The notes: generated by a model not told the origin, from the sequence alone. Shown: positions 25,461-35,489, counted from the stretch's first letter. The stretch is 64,000 nt of DNA from an uncultured Myxococcales bacterium (GCA_903857665.1 CAIOFV010000106.1:12027-76026), one strand, 5' to 3'. Program-made: numbers and translations.

Positions 25461-28400
25461 ATGACGACCAGGAAGCGCATCGAATCCGTGACCGACCTCC
25501 AGGCGCTGTGCGAACGTGCGCGCCGCGAGGCCACCACCGCGGGCGCCAGCCCGGACCGTCGCCAGGTCCTGGTGTGTACCGGCGGCGGCTGCATCGCGTC
25601 CGGCTCGCTGGACGTGGTGTCCAGTTTCCGCCGCACGCTGGCCGCCAAGGGCCTGGACGCCCACGTCCAGTTGCTGGAAACCGGCTGCCTGGGACCCTGC
25701 GCGCAGGGCCCGGTCGTGGTCGCGTACCCCGACGGGACCTTCTACCAGCAGGTGAAGCCGGCCGACGTGGACGAAATCGTCGACAGCCACCTGCTGCGCA
25801 ACACCGTGGTCAGCCGCCTGGTCAACCGCCACAGCGGCACCGGCGAACTGGTCCCGCTGATGAAGGATCTCGAGTTCTTCTCGAAGCAGGTCAAGATCGT
25901 GCTGCGGAACTGCGGCATCGTCGACCCGCTGAAGATCGAGGACTACGTCGCGCGTGACGGCTACGCGGCGCTGGCCAAGGCGCTGACACAGATGACCGGC
26001 GATCAGGTCATCGACGAGATCAAGGCGTCCGGCTTGCGCGGCCGCGGCGGCGGCGGCTTCCCGACGGGCCTCAAGTGGGCCTTCGCGAAGAAGTCCCCGA
26101 ACCCCGTGAAGTACGTGCTGTGCAACGCCGACGAAGGCGACCCGGGCGCGTTCATGGACCGCTCGGTGCTGGAAGGCGACCCCCACAGCATCATCGAGGC
26201 CATGGCGATCGCCGGCTACTGCATCGGCGCGACCGAGGGCTTCGTGTACGTCCGCGCCGAGTACCCGCTGGCCATCGAGCGCCTGGGCATCGCGATCCAG
26301 CAGGCTCGTGACGTCGGGCTGCTGGGCAAGAACATCCTGGGCACCGGGTTCGACTTCGACCTGGAGATCCGCAAGGGTTCGGGCGCCTTCGTCTGCGGCG
26401 AGGAAACCGCGCTGATGCGGTCCATCGAAGGCTGCCGCGGCGAGCCGCGCCCCCGTCCGCCCTTCCCGGCGGTCAAGGGCCTCTGGGACAAGCCGTCGCT
26501 GCTGAACAACGTCGAGACGTACGCCAACATCGCGCCGATCCTGCTGAAGGGCTCGGCGTGGTACGCGGCCTACGGCACCGCCAAGTCCAAGGGCACCAAG
26601 GTGTTCGCGCTGGCCGGCGCGGTCCGCAACACGGGCCTCGTGGAAATCCCGATCGGTATGCCGCTGGGCGAGCTGGTGTTCGAGGTCGGCGGCGGCGTCC
26701 CCGGCAACAAGAAGTACAAGGCGGCGCAGATGGGCGGCCCCTCCGGCGGCTGCATCCCCACCGAGCACCTGGGCGTTCCGGTCGATTACGAATCGCTGAT
26801 CGAGCTGGGCGCCATCATCGGGTCCGGCGGCCTCATCGTGATGGACGACGACGCCTGCATGGTGGACGTCGCCCGCTTCTTCCTGGAGTTCTGCCAGGAC
26901 GAGTCCTGCGGCAAGTGCGCGCCGTGCCGCATAGGCACCAAGCGCATGCTGGAGATCCTCGAGCGCATCTGCGACGGCAAGGGCGTCGAAGGCGACGTCG
27001 AGCGCCTGATCGACCTGGGCAACACCATCAAGGACACCGCGCTGTGCGGCCTGGGCCAGACGGCGCCGAACCCGGTCCTGTCCACGATCCGCTACTTCCG
27101 CAGCGAGTACGACGCGCACATCCGGGAAAAGAAGTGCCCGGCCGGCGCCTGCACCGCGCTGGTCCGCGCCCCGTGCCAGAACGCCTGCCCCGCGGGCGTG
27201 GACGTGCCCGGCTTCGTGTCGCTGGTCGGCGAAGGCCGCTACTCGGACGCCATGAAGTGGCATCGGGACCGCAACCCGCTGGCATCGATCTGCGCACGTG
27301 TCTGCTTCCACCCCTGCGAGTCCAAGTGCCGCCGCGTCACGCTGGACACCCCGGTGGCCATCCGCGGCATCAAGCGTTTCATGGTGGACCAACCGGTGGA
27401 CATGGAACTGCCCGAAATGCGCCCCGTCGCGGCCAATGCCAAGCGCAAGGTCGCCATCATCGGCGGTGGGCCCGCGGGCCTGTCGGCGGCATACTTCCTG
27501 GCGCGCCTGGGCTACACCCCGACGGTCTTCGAGGCGGAAAGCAAGGCCGGCGGCATGCTGGTCCAGACCATCCCGGCGTACCGCCTGCCCCGCGAGCGCC
27601 TGGAAGCGGAAATCAAGCTCATTGAGTCGATGGGCGTGACGATCCTGACGGGCAAGCGCCTGGGTCGCGACTTCACCCTGAACGGTCTGCGCGGCGAAGG
27701 CTACAAGGCCGTGTTCCTGGGCGTCGGCGCCATGAAGGGCAGCACCCTGGGCCTGCCGAATGAAACGGCGGACGGCGTGGCCGAGGCCCTTTCCTTCCTG
27801 AAGGCCGCGAACATGGGCACCGGCGTCACCGTGGGTCGTCGCGTCGCCGTCATCGGCGGCGGCAACGCGGCCATCGACGCGGCCCGCACCGCCAAGCGCC
27901 TGGGCGCCGAGGAAGTCACGATCGTCTACCGCCGCCGCCGCAACGAAATGCCGGCATGGGAAGTCGAGATCGACGAGGCCCTGACGGAAGGCGTGATCCT
28001 GGAAACCCTGGTGGCGCCCGTCGAAGTGGTCGTGGAAAACGGCCGCGTGATCGGCCTGGCCTGCCAGCGCATGGAACTGGGTTCCTACGACAAGTCCGGC
28101 CGCCGGCGTCCCGTCCCGATCAAGGGCGCCCTGTTCACGATTCCCGTCGATCAGATCGTCGCCGCCGTCGGCCAGTCGGTCGAGTCTGCCGGCCTGTTCG
28201 GGGACGTTCCCGTCACGCTGAACCGTGACGGCACCGTGAAGGCGGATCCGCTGACCGGCCGCACGTCGGTCGAGTGGCTGTTCGCGGGTGGCGACGCCAC
28301 CGTCGGACCGTCCTCGGTCGTCGAGGCCATCGCCGCGGGCGAGAGGGCCGCGGCGGGCATCGACGAGGCCTTGACCGGCGCCAACCACGCCTTCTGGCGG

Positions 28401-28595
28401 GAGCATCGGGTTGTCGACACGGCCTTCGATCCCGACGCCGATCCGGTGTACCTGCAGCGGGCGCACGAGTGCCTGCGGCCGGTGGCCGAGCGCACGGGTT
28501 CCTTCGCCGAGGTCGAGCTGACCTGGAGCGAGACCGTGGCCCGGGGCGAGGCGCGGCGCTGCCTGCGCTGCGACTACCGGGAGTCGTGCAACTGA
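25461..28595 (+). CDS. hydB: [FeFe]-hydrogenase beta subunit (NuoF/HydB) fused to a GltD/NfnB-like FAD/NADPH oxidoreductase
   Basis: VCTGGGC..GCLGPC, GLRGRGGGGFPTG, NADEGDPGAFMDR, GAFVCGEE and SCGKCAPCR, then PCQNACP/CARVCFHPCESKC, GGGPAG and GGGNAAID...YRRR. Confidence 0.92.
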   Translation: MTTRKRIESVTDLQALCERARREATTAGASPDRRQVLVCTGGGCIASGSLDVVSSFRRTLAAKGLDAHVQLLETGCLGPCAQGPVVVAYPDGTFYQQVKPADVDEIVDSHLLRNTVVSRLVNRHSGTGELVPLMKDLEFFSKQVKIVLRNCGIVDPLKIEDYVARDGYAALAKALTQMTGDQVIDEIKASGLRGRGGGGFPTGLKWAFAKKSPNPVKYVLCNADEGDPGAFMDRSVLEGDPHSIIEAMAIAGYCIGATEGFVYVRAEYPLAIERLGIAIQQARDVGLLGKNILGTGFDFDLEIRKGSGAFVCGEETALMRSIEGCRGEPRPRPPFPAVKGLWDKPSLLNNVETYANIAPILLKGSAWYAAYGTAKSKGTKVFALAGAVRNTGLVEIPIGMPLGELVFEVGGGVPGNKKYKAAQMGGPSGGCIPTEHLGVPVDYESLIELGAIIGSGGLIVMDDDACMVDVARFFLEFCQDESCGKCAPCRIGTKRMLEILERICDGKGVEGDVERLIDLGNTIKDTALCGLGQTAPNPVLSTIRYFRSEYDAHIREKKCPAGACTALVRAPCQNACPAGVDVPGFVSLVGEGRYSDAMKWHRDRNPLASICARVCFHPCESKCRRVTLDTPVAIRGIKRFMVDQPVDMELPEMRPVAANAKRKVAIIGGGPAGLSAAYFLARLGYTPTVFEAESKAGGMLVQTIPAYRLPRERLEAEIKLIESMGVTILTGKRLGRDFTLNGLRGEGYKAVFLGVGAMKGSTLGLPNETADGVAEALSFLKAANMGTGVTVGRRVAVIGGGNAAIDAARTAKRLGAEEVTIVYRRRRNEMPAWEVEIDEALTEGVILETLVAPVEVVVENGRVIGLACQRMELGSYDKSGRRRPVPIKGALFTIPVDQIVAAVGQSVESAGLFGDVPVTLNRDGTVKADPLTGRTSVEWLFAGGDATVGPSSVVEAIAAGERAAAGIDEALTGANHAFWREHRVVDTAFDPDADPVYLQRAHECLRPVAERTGSFAEVELTWSETVARGEARRCLRCDYRESCN

Positions 28596-28645
28596 ACCGC
28601 GCCGGCCATCGGCATTCGGCCGACGGCCGTGAGGAGGAACGACCC

Positions 28646-30445
28646 ATGGTGAACCTGACGATCAACGGCTCCCCGGTCCAGGCGGCTGACGGCGCGACCG
28701 TCCTGACCGCAGCGAAGGCGGCCGGCATCAACATCCCGACCCTGTGCTACCTGGAAGACGTCCAGGCCATCGGCGCCTGTCGCGTCTGCATGGTCGAGGT
28801 CGAGGGCGCCCGCACGCCGGTGCCGGCGTGCGTTGCCCCCGCCACCGAAGGCATGAAGGTTCGTACCAACAGCCAGCGTGTCCGCGACGCCCGTCGCACG
28901 GTCATGGAACTGCTGATGTCCGACCACGCCGGCGACTGCAAGACGTGCGATCGCAACGACGATTGCGAGTTCCAGGCCCTGGCGCGCGACCTGGGGATCC
29001 GCCAGATCTCGTGGCCGGGCGACATCAACCCGCCTCACCTGGACACATCGACGGCGGCCCTGGTCCGCGATACCGGCAAGTGCGTGCTGTGCCGCCGCTG
29101 CGTCACCGTGTGCAACGGCACGCAGGCCGTGGGCGCCCTGTTCCCGCAGTCCCGCGGCTTCAAGACGGTCGTGGGCCCGGCGTTCGGCCGCGACCTCGAC
29201 ACGGTCACCTGCGTGCAGTGCGGCCAGTGCTCGGCCGTCTGCCCCGTGGGCGCCATCAGCGAGCGCGACGACACCGACAAGGTGTGGGCCGCCCTCGAGG
29301 ACCCGGTCAAGTTCGTCGTCGTGCAGACGGCGCCTGCCATCCGCGCGGCGCTGGGCGAGGAGTTCGGCTATCCGGCCGGCACGCTGGTCACCGGCAAGAT
29401 GACGGCGGCCCTGCGCCGCCTGGGCATCAACGCCGTGTTCGACACCAACTTCACGGCCGACCTCACGATCCTCGAGGAAGGGACCGAACTGCTGATGCGG
29501 CTGAAGGCCGCGCTGGCGCCCGATCCGCACGGCCACGCAGAAGGTCACCATGCCCACGGCCCCCTGCCGCTGGCGACGTCCTGCTGCCCCGCGTGGATCA
29601 AGAACTGCGAGCACTTCCACCCGGACTTCCTGCCGAACCTGTCCACCTGCAAGTCGCCCCAGCAGATGTTCGGCGCGGCGGCCAAGACCTACTACTCGCG
29701 CACGATCGCCAAGCACCCGTCCGACATCTTCGTGGTGTCGATCATGCCGTGCACCGCCAAGAAGTTCGAAGCCGAGCGGCCCGAGATGGAGTCGTCCTGG
29801 CAGCGGGACGTGGACGTGGTGCTGACCACCCGCGAGCTGGCCCGGATGATCAAGGAAGCCGGCATCGACTTCAGAAACCTGCCCGATGAGCAGATGGACC
29901 AGCCGATGGGCATGTCCACCGGCGCCGCGGACATCTTCGCCAACACCGGCGGCGTGATGGAAGCCGCCTTGCGCACCGCGTGGGAAATCGTCACCGGCCA
30001 CCAGTTGCCGTTCGACGGCCTGCGCGTGACCCCGATCGAGGGCATGGAGGGCGTCAAGGAGGCCTCCGTGACCTTCAGCGGCTGCACGGACGACTGGAAG
30101 TTCCTGGAAGGCGTCACGGCGAAGGTCGCCGTCGCCCACGGTCTGGCCAACGCCAACAAGGTCGTGGACAGCATCCGCAAGGGCGAGGCCTCGTACCACT
30201 TCATCGAGTTCATGTCCTGTCCCGGCGGCTGCATCGGCGGGGGCGGGCAGCCCCGGCTGACCACCGACACGGTCCGCAAGGCGCGTACCGACGCCATCCG
30301 GCGCGAGGACCAGGGCAAGGGCATGCGCAAGTCCCATGAAAACCCGCAGGTGCGGGCGGTCTACGAGGCGTTCTTCAAGACGCCGAACTCGGACCTGTCG
30401 CACCGATTCCTTCACACCCATTACTTCGGGCGAGACCGGGTGTGA
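28646..30445 (+). CDS. hydA: [FeFe]-hydrogenase catalytic subunit (group A)
   Basis: H-cluster motifs TSCCPAW, MPCTAKKFE and EFMSCPGGCIGGGGQP; N-terminal [2Fe-2S], His-ligated and 2x[4Fe-4S] motifs. Confidence 0.96.
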   Translation: MVNLTINGSPVQAADGATVLTAAKAAGINIPTLCYLEDVQAIGACRVCMVEVEGARTPVPACVAPATEGMKVRTNSQRVRDARRTVMELLMSDHAGDCKTCDRNDDCEFQALARDLGIRQISWPGDINPPHLDTSTAALVRDTGKCVLCRRCVTVCNGTQAVGALFPQSRGFKTVVGPAFGRDLDTVTCVQCGQCSAVCPVGAISERDDTDKVWAALEDPVKFVVVQTAPAIRAALGEEFGYPAGTLVTGKMTAALRRLGINAVFDTNFTADLTILEEGTELLMRLKAALAPDPHGHAEGHHAHGPLPLATSCCPAWIKNCEHFHPDFLPNLSTCKSPQQMFGAAAKTYYSRTIAKHPSDIFVVSIMPCTAKKFEAERPEMESSWQRDVDVVLTTRELARMIKEAGIDFRNLPDEQMDQPMGMSTGAADIFANTGGVMEAALRTAWEIVTGHQLPFDGLRVTPIEGMEGVKEASVTFSGCTDDWKFLEGVTAKVAVAHGLANANKVVDSIRKGEASYHFIEFMSCPGGCIGGGGQPRLTTDTVRKARTDAIRREDQGKGMRKSHENPQVRAVYEAFFKTPNSDLSHRFLHTHYFGRDRV

Positions 30446-30514
30446 CGCGGGCGTACCCGGCGTCCAGCGACCGTACCTCCTCGCTGGGCGCCGGGCACCA
30501 CTACTGTTGGAGTG

Positions 30515-30584
30515 GCCCGAGGCGACTCCGGCTGCGGCAAGAGATTGCAAACGCAATCCCTCGCCTCCGCCTTCGTGCTCGGGA
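30515..30584 (+). repeat. 70-bp palindromic dispersed repeat, copy 2
   Basis: GCCCGAG...CTCGGGA ends with central GATTGC-AAAC-GCAATC. Confidence 0.9.
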
Positions 30585-30595
30585 TGAGTGGAGTG

Positions 30596-30619
30596 GCCCG
30601 AGGCGACTTTGGCTCGGGC
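30596..30619 (+). repeat. Internally deleted 24-bp mini copy of the 70-bp repeat
   Basis: GCCCGAG-GCGACTTTGG-CTCGGGC. The 20-mer TGGAGTGGCCCGAGGCGACT is duplicated at 30508 and 30589. Confidence 0.8.
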
Positions 30620-30664
30620 GGATCCGGTATGCTAGCCCGCGTGCCCGGGTCGCAGGAGTATCCG

Positions 30665-32707
30665 ATGGCCGTCCTCTGGACGATCCCCGAACGGTGCCGA
30701 CGCTGCTACACCTGCGTCCGGGACTGTCCCGCGAAGGCCATCCAGGTCGTAGGGGGCCAGGCCCGCGTCGTGCCCGAGCGCTGCATCGCCTGCGGCAACT
30801 GCGTGAAAGTGTGCGCCCAGGGCGCCAAGCGCGTCCGGGACGACATCGAGGAAGTGCAGGCCCTGCTGGCCGGCGACAAGCCGGTGTTCGCCTGCGTGGC
30901 GCCGTCCTACCCGGCGGCCTTCGACACGGTGGAACCGGGACGCGTCATCCAGGCGATCCGCGCGCTGGGCTTCGCCGAGGTGTGGGAGGTCGCCTTCGGG
31001 GCGGAACTGGTGGCCCCGGCCTACCTGCGCCTGTTCAACGAGGCCCGGAGGACCGGGAAGCCGGTGATCGCCACGCCCTGCCCTGCCGTCGTGACCTACA
31101 TCGAAAAGTACCTGCCCGAACTGCATGACTACCTCGCGCCGGTAGTGTCGCCCAAGATCGCGGTGGCGCGGGCGATCCACCAGAAGCACAACGGCAACGT
31201 CCGCGTGGTCTTCATGGGACCGTGCGTGGCCAAGAAGCAGCACCTCCACACCGAATCGAACAGCGCGCTGGACGCGGTGCTGACGTTCGACGAACTGAAC
31301 CGCATGTTCATCGCGGCGGGCGTGGACCCCGCCGATCAGCCCTTGAGCAGCTTCGACGGGCCGCGCGCCCACATCGGGCGGACCTTCCCCATCAGCGGCG
31401 GGCTGCTGAAGACCGCCGGCATGGGCGCGGACCTGCTGGACGGCGAGATCGTCGGCACCGAGGGCAAGGACCGGGTGCTGTCCACGCTGAAGGACCTGGC
31501 CGCCGGCCGCTCCCATGCGCTGTTCTATGACGTGCTGTTCTGCGAGGGCTGCATCGACGGCCCGATGATGCTGAACAACCTCAGCGTACTGGCCCGCAAG
31601 GAACTGCTGGTGCGTCACATCAACGACCGCGCGCGCTTCGTGTCGCATCGCGAGCTGGCCGAGTCCCTGGGCGAGTTCGAGGGCCTGGACCTGTCGCGGA
31701 CGTTCGAGCGGGAAAACCTGAGCCTGCCCCAGCCTCCCGAGGAGGACATCGTCCGGACGCTGGAGCGCATGCGCAAGGCGCTGCCCCAGGACCAGCTGAA
31801 CTGCGGCGCCTGCGGCTACCCGACGTGCCGGGAAAAGGCGATCGCCGTGTGCCAGGGGCTGGCCGAACCGGCGATGTGCCTGCCCTTCCTGGTCGACGAA
31901 CTGGAGCAGGTCGTCACGGACCTGCGCCAGTCGCACGAGGAGCTGGCGACCACACAGAAGCAGTTGCTGCGATCCGAGCGGCTGGCCTCGATGGGCCAGC
32001 TGTCGGCGGGCATCGCCCACGAGCTGAACAACCCGCTGGGCACGATCCTCCTCTACAGCCACATGCTGATGCGCGAGGTCCGGGACGACCGCGGCAAGGA
32101 GGATCTGCAGCTGATCGTCAGCGAGGCCACCCGCTGCAAGGACATCGTCCGCGGCCTGCTGGACTTCGCCCGCAAGTCCCGGGTGTCCAAGGCGCCGGCC
32201 GACCTGCGCGAGGTGATCGAGGAGGTCGCGGGGATCGCCCGGCCTCGCGCCGGCGAGATGCGCGTCGAGGTGACCACGTCGGTGGCCGACGACATGCCGG
32301 TGCTGATGATCGACCGGGTCCAGTTGCGGCAGGCCCTGGTCAACATCGCCATGAACGCGGTGGACAGCATGCCCGGCGGTGGCACCCTGCACCTGGCCGC
32401 GCGCATGTCCGATTCGGGCGACGACGTGCGGATCGAGATCACGGACACCGGCTGCGGCATCCCGCCCGAAAACCTCAGCCGCCTGTTCACGCCGTTCTTC
32501 ACCACCAAGGCGATGGGCAAGGGCACCGGCCTGGGCCTGGCGATCACCTACGGCGTGATCAAGATGCATTCGGGCGACATCACGGTCGACAGCGAGGTCG
32601 GCAAGGGCACGTCCTTCACGATCCGCCTCCCAGTGCGGACCGCGGAGGCGGTCGGGGACGATGGAAGCGCGCGGGAGTACCGCGTCGAGGAACAGTATTT
32701 CCGGTAG
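30665..32707 (+). CDS. Sensory-type [FeFe]-hydrogenase domain fused to a histidine kinase (group C1-like)
   Basis: 2x[4Fe-4S] ([23 protein letters not shown]), divergent H-cluster motifs TPCP / GPCVAKK / FCEGCIDGP, FeS domain [11 protein letters not shown]-box AHELNNPLG and an HATPase domain. Confidence 0.88.
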   Translation: MAVLWTIPERCRRCYTCVRDCPAKAIQVVGGQARVVPERCIACGNCVKVCAQGAKRVRDDIEEVQALLAGDKPVFACVAPSYPAAFDTVEPGRVIQAIRALGFAEVWEVAFGAELVAPAYLRLFNEARRTGKPVIATPCPAVVTYIEKYLPELHDYLAPVVSPKIAVARAIHQKHNGNVRVVFMGPCVAKKQHLHTESNSALDAVLTFDELNRMFIAAGVDPADQPLSSFDGPRAHIGRTFPISGGLLKTAGMGADLLDGEIVGTEGKDRVLSTLKDLAAGRSHALFYDVLFCEGCIDGPMMLNNLSVLARKELLVRHINDRARFVSHRELAESLGEFEGLDLSRTFERENLSLPQPPEEDIVRTLERMRKALPQDQLNCGACGYPTCREKAIAVCQGLAEPAMCLPFLVDELEQVVTDLRQSHEELATTQKQLLRSERLASMGQLSAGIAHELNNPLGTILLYSHMLMREVRDDRGKEDLQLIVSEATRCKDIVRGLLDFARKSRVSKAPADLREVIEEVAGIARPRAGEMRVEVTTSVADDMPVLMIDRVQLRQALVNIAMNAVDSMPGGGTLHLAARMSDSGDDVRIEITDTGCGIPPENLSRLFTPFFTTKAMGKGTGLGLAITYGVIKMHSGDITVDSEVGKGTSFTIRLPVRTAEAVGDDGSAREYRVEEQYFR

Positions 32708-32750
32708 ACTGCGCCGCGGGTACACTCGCCGCGCGGCAGTGGAGGACACG

Positions 32751-33134
32751 ATGAGCGACGTGAAGAAGGTTCTGCTGGTGGACGACGACGCGGACCTGGT
32801 AGCGGTCAACCGTGCGGTGCTGGAAAACCACGGGTTCGCGATCGCAACGGCGTACTCGGGCCCGAAGGGCCTGGTGGCCGCGAAGGCCGAGGCGCCGGAC
32901 CTGATCGTGCTGGACGTGATGATGGGGACCAACAGCGAGGGCTTCGACCTGGCGCGCGCCCTGAAGAAGGACGAAGCCACGAAGCACATCCCGCTGATCA
33001 TGGTCACCTCGGTCAACACGACGGTGCCCTTCAAGTTCGAGCCGGACGCGAAGTACCTGCCGGTGGACCGTTTCCTGGAAAAGCCCCTGGCGCCCGAGGC
33101 GCTGCTGAAGGAAGTCCAGGGCATGCTTTCCTGA
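32751..33134 (+). CDS. Single-domain response regulator
   Basis: LVDDD, LDVMM (phospho-Asp), MVTS, LEKP. Confidence 0.9.
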   Translation: MSDVKKVLLVDDDADLVAVNRAVLENHGFAIATAYSGPKGLVAAKAEAPDLIVLDVMMGTNSEGFDLARALKKDEATKHIPLIMVTSVNTTVPFKFEPDAKYLPVDRFLEKPLAPEALLKEVQGMLS

Positions 33135-33206
33135 GTTCCCGCCGGAGCCGCAGTCGCCTCGGGCCCGCTCCGTGTGTTCCCGAGTACCCAGCCCGCGGAG
33201 GTCATC

Positions 33207-34700
33207 ATGACCGATCGACCCAGCCGAATCCTGGTCGTGGACGATGAAGTCGGGATGCGGGAGGGCTGCCGCCGCATCCTCGCCGCCGAGAACTACGAGG
33301 TGGAAACGGCCGAGGACGGGCAGGCGGCCCTCGAAAAGTTCAAGGCCGCCGGCGGGTTCGACGTGGTCATTTCCGATCTGAAGATGCCCCGCATGGGCGG
33401 CATGGACCTGATCGAGGCGCTGCACGTCATCGACGAGGACGCGCTGCTGCTGGTCATCACGGCCTACGCGACGATCGACACCGCGGTGGACGCAACCAAG
33501 CGGGGCGCCTACGGCTACATCCCGAAGCCGTTCACGCCCGACGAGCTGCTGCTGCACGTGCGCAACGGGCTGGAAAAGCGCGCCTTGCGGATCGAGGCCA
33601 AGGCGCTGCGCGAGGAACGCGAGCGCCGCCTGCTGGAGGTCGCGTTCGAGCGGTCGAAGTCCACGACGATCCTCCACTGCATGACCGATGGCGTGCTGGT
33701 GGTGAACCGCGAGGGCCGCATCGTGCTGCGCAACGCGGCGCTGTCCCGCATCCTGCCGTCGTGCGCCGAGGAGCCGATGGCTGCGCCGGTGGTCGAGGCG
33801 GTGGACCTGCCCGAACTGGTGTCCCTGGTGATGGAGGTCGTGCAGGCCGACGCGCCGATCATCGCCTCGAAGGAGCTGACCATCGGGCCGTGCACGTACA
33901 TGGTCAACGCGGCGCCTGTGCTGGAACCGTCGGGCGAAACGCTGGGCGCGGTGGCCGTGCTGCGCGACATCACGGCGCTGAAGAAGCTGGAAATCGCGAA
34001 GTCCATGTTCGTGTCGATGGTCGCCCACGAACTGAAAAGCCCGCTGGCGACGATCGAGTCGTCCCTGAACATCGTGCTGACGGGCATCGCCGGCGAGGAC
34101 CCGGAACGCGACCGCCAGATGATGCAGCGCGCGCTGCTTCGGGCCACCACGCTGCGCACGCTGGTGTCGGACCTGCTGAACCTGACCGCCATCGAGACGG
34201 GCAACTTCAGCCTCAAGCGCCAGCACGCCGACCTGTGCAGCATCGTCCGCGAAACGGTGGACGCCTACACGGACAAGGCGGCCGAAAAGAACGTGACCCT
34301 GCACCTGGAGTGCCAGGACGCGTCCCCCATCGACCCGATCCTGGCCGACCCGAACGCGGTGCGCAGCATCGTCACCAACCTGGTCGACAATGCCGTCAAG
34401 TACACGCCCGAAGGCGGCCAGGTGAACGTCCGCGTGGACGGCAACGGCCTGTATGCCAGGGTCGTGGTGAAGGACTCGGGCATCGGCATGTCGGCCGCCG
34501 AGCGCGATCGGATCTTCGACGAGTTCTACCGCGTCAAGAACGACTACACCGCGCACGTGCCGGGCACCGGCCTGGGCCTGACGCTGGTGCGCCGGCTGGT
34601 GGACATGCACCAGGGCCGCATCGACGTGGACTCGGCGCCCGGCAAGGGCAGCGCATTCGCCGTCAGCCTCCCGACCGTCGCCTACGCCACCGGGATGTAG
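33207..34700 (+). CDS. Hybrid receiver-PAS-histidine kinase
   Basis: N-terminal receiver (VVDDE, SDLKMP, PKPF), PAS, AHELKSPL, NLVDNAVKY and GTGLGL. Confidence 0.92.
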   Translation: MTDRPSRILVVDDEVGMREGCRRILAAENYEVETAEDGQAALEKFKAAGGFDVVISDLKMPRMGGMDLIEALHVIDEDALLLVITAYATIDTAVDATKRGAYGYIPKPFTPDELLLHVRNGLEKRALRIEAKALREERERRLLEVAFERSKSTTILHCMTDGVLVVNREGRIVLRNAALSRILPSCAEEPMAAPVVEAVDLPELVSLVMEVVQADAPIIASKELTIGPCTYMVNAAPVLEPSGETLGAVAVLRDITALKKLEIAKSMFVSMVAHELKSPLATIESSLNIVLTGIAGEDPERDRQMMQRALLRATTLRTLVSDLLNLTAIETGNFSLKRQHADLCSIVRETVDAYTDKAAEKNVTLHLECQDASPIDPILADPNAVRSIVTNLVDNAVKYTPEGGQVNVRVDGNGLYARVVVKDSGIGMSAAERDRIFDEFYRVKNDYTAHVPGTGLGLTLVRRLVDMHQGRIDVDSAPGKGSAFAVSLPTVAYATGM

Positions 34701-34847
34701 CCACCCGGGCCGCGGCCCCCCCCCGAACCCATCCCTCCGCGCATCGAAAGACCGGTTCGGCAGTGCCAGTGGCGGACTTCCTGGCCCGGCCGGCGACAGG
34801 CGACCGGCTTTCGTGCGAAAGTATCCCCGCGGCGCAGGGGATCGAAG

Positions 34848-34887
34848 ATGTTGCCAGGACGTTGCAGAACCGTCACGAAGCCGTCAC
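34848..34887 (+). promoter_or_regulatory. Pho-box-like array of four 7-mers at 11-bp period
   Basis: ATGTTGC (34848), ACGTTGC (34859), CCGTCAC (34870), CCGTCAC (34881), followed by TAGCAT at 34910, upstream of sixA-ppk1. Confidence 0.6.
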
Positions 34888-34948
34888 CCATCCTCCCCCC
34901 CCGGTCCGGTAGCATGCTGTTTCGGCGTTTCATCGGGAGCAAGCGATC

Positions 34949-35458
34949 ATGAAGAGCCTCATCCTGTTGCGTCACGGGCCCGCGGGACATTCGGACGATC
35001 CGGCGGCCGAGGACGATTCCCAGCGGCCGCTGACCCGGAAGGGCCGCAAGGCCAGCAAGGAAGCGGCCAAGACGATCCGTTGGCTGGGCGCGTGCCCGAC
35101 GGCCATCGTGACCAGCCCGCTGGAGCGCGCCGCGCAGACCGCGGCCATCGCCGCGAAGGTGCTGGGGCTGGAAGAGCAGACCTCGGCGTGCGATGCGCTG
35201 CGGCCGGGGACCGCCACCCGCGACCTGATCGAGGCGCTCGCGCCGCTCTTCGAGGCGGCGGACAGCCTGCTGGTCGTCGGCCACGAACCGGACCTGTCCC
35301 GCCTTGCCGCCACGCTGATGTCGGGGCAGCCCCACGCTGCCATCGACCTGCGCAAGGGCGGCTTCTGCCTTCTGGCCGCCTCGGAACTGCACCCGGGCAA
35401 GTGCGCGGTCCTTCGCGCCCTGCTGAATCCGCAGGGCCTGACGGGCGACGAGGACTGA
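34949..35458 (+). CDS. sixA: SixA-like phosphohistidine phosphatase
   Basis: LLRHG, RPLT.KG, TSPLERAAQTA, VGHEPD. Confidence 0.88.
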   Translation: MKSLILLRHGPAGHSDDPAAEDDSQRPLTRKGRKASKEAAKTIRWLGACPTAIVTSPLERAAQTAAIAAKVLGLEEQTSACDALRPGTATRDLIEALAPLFEAADSLLVVGHEPDLSRLAATLMSGQPHAAIDLRKGGFCLLAASELHPGKCAVLRALLNPQGLTGDED

Positions 35459-35489
35459 CCTGCCCCGCGGTCGATGACAGGAGCCCCGG

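Noticed and set aside
25434-28466. Long antisense and alternate-frame ORFs (for example 25434-28466, 814-3726, 9930-12509, 46307-49024, 52124-56068, 61534-63987)
   Set aside because: They are shadow ORFs typical of high-GC DNA: Arg/Pro/Gly-rich, motif-free and overlapping well-supported genes.
30512-30664. Track N-terminal extensions of the sensor kinase (30512) and the lipoprotein (45131) that run through the 70-bp repeat
   Set aside because: RBS-supported starts at 30665 and 44927 give normal N-termini, so these repeat copies are treated as intergenic.
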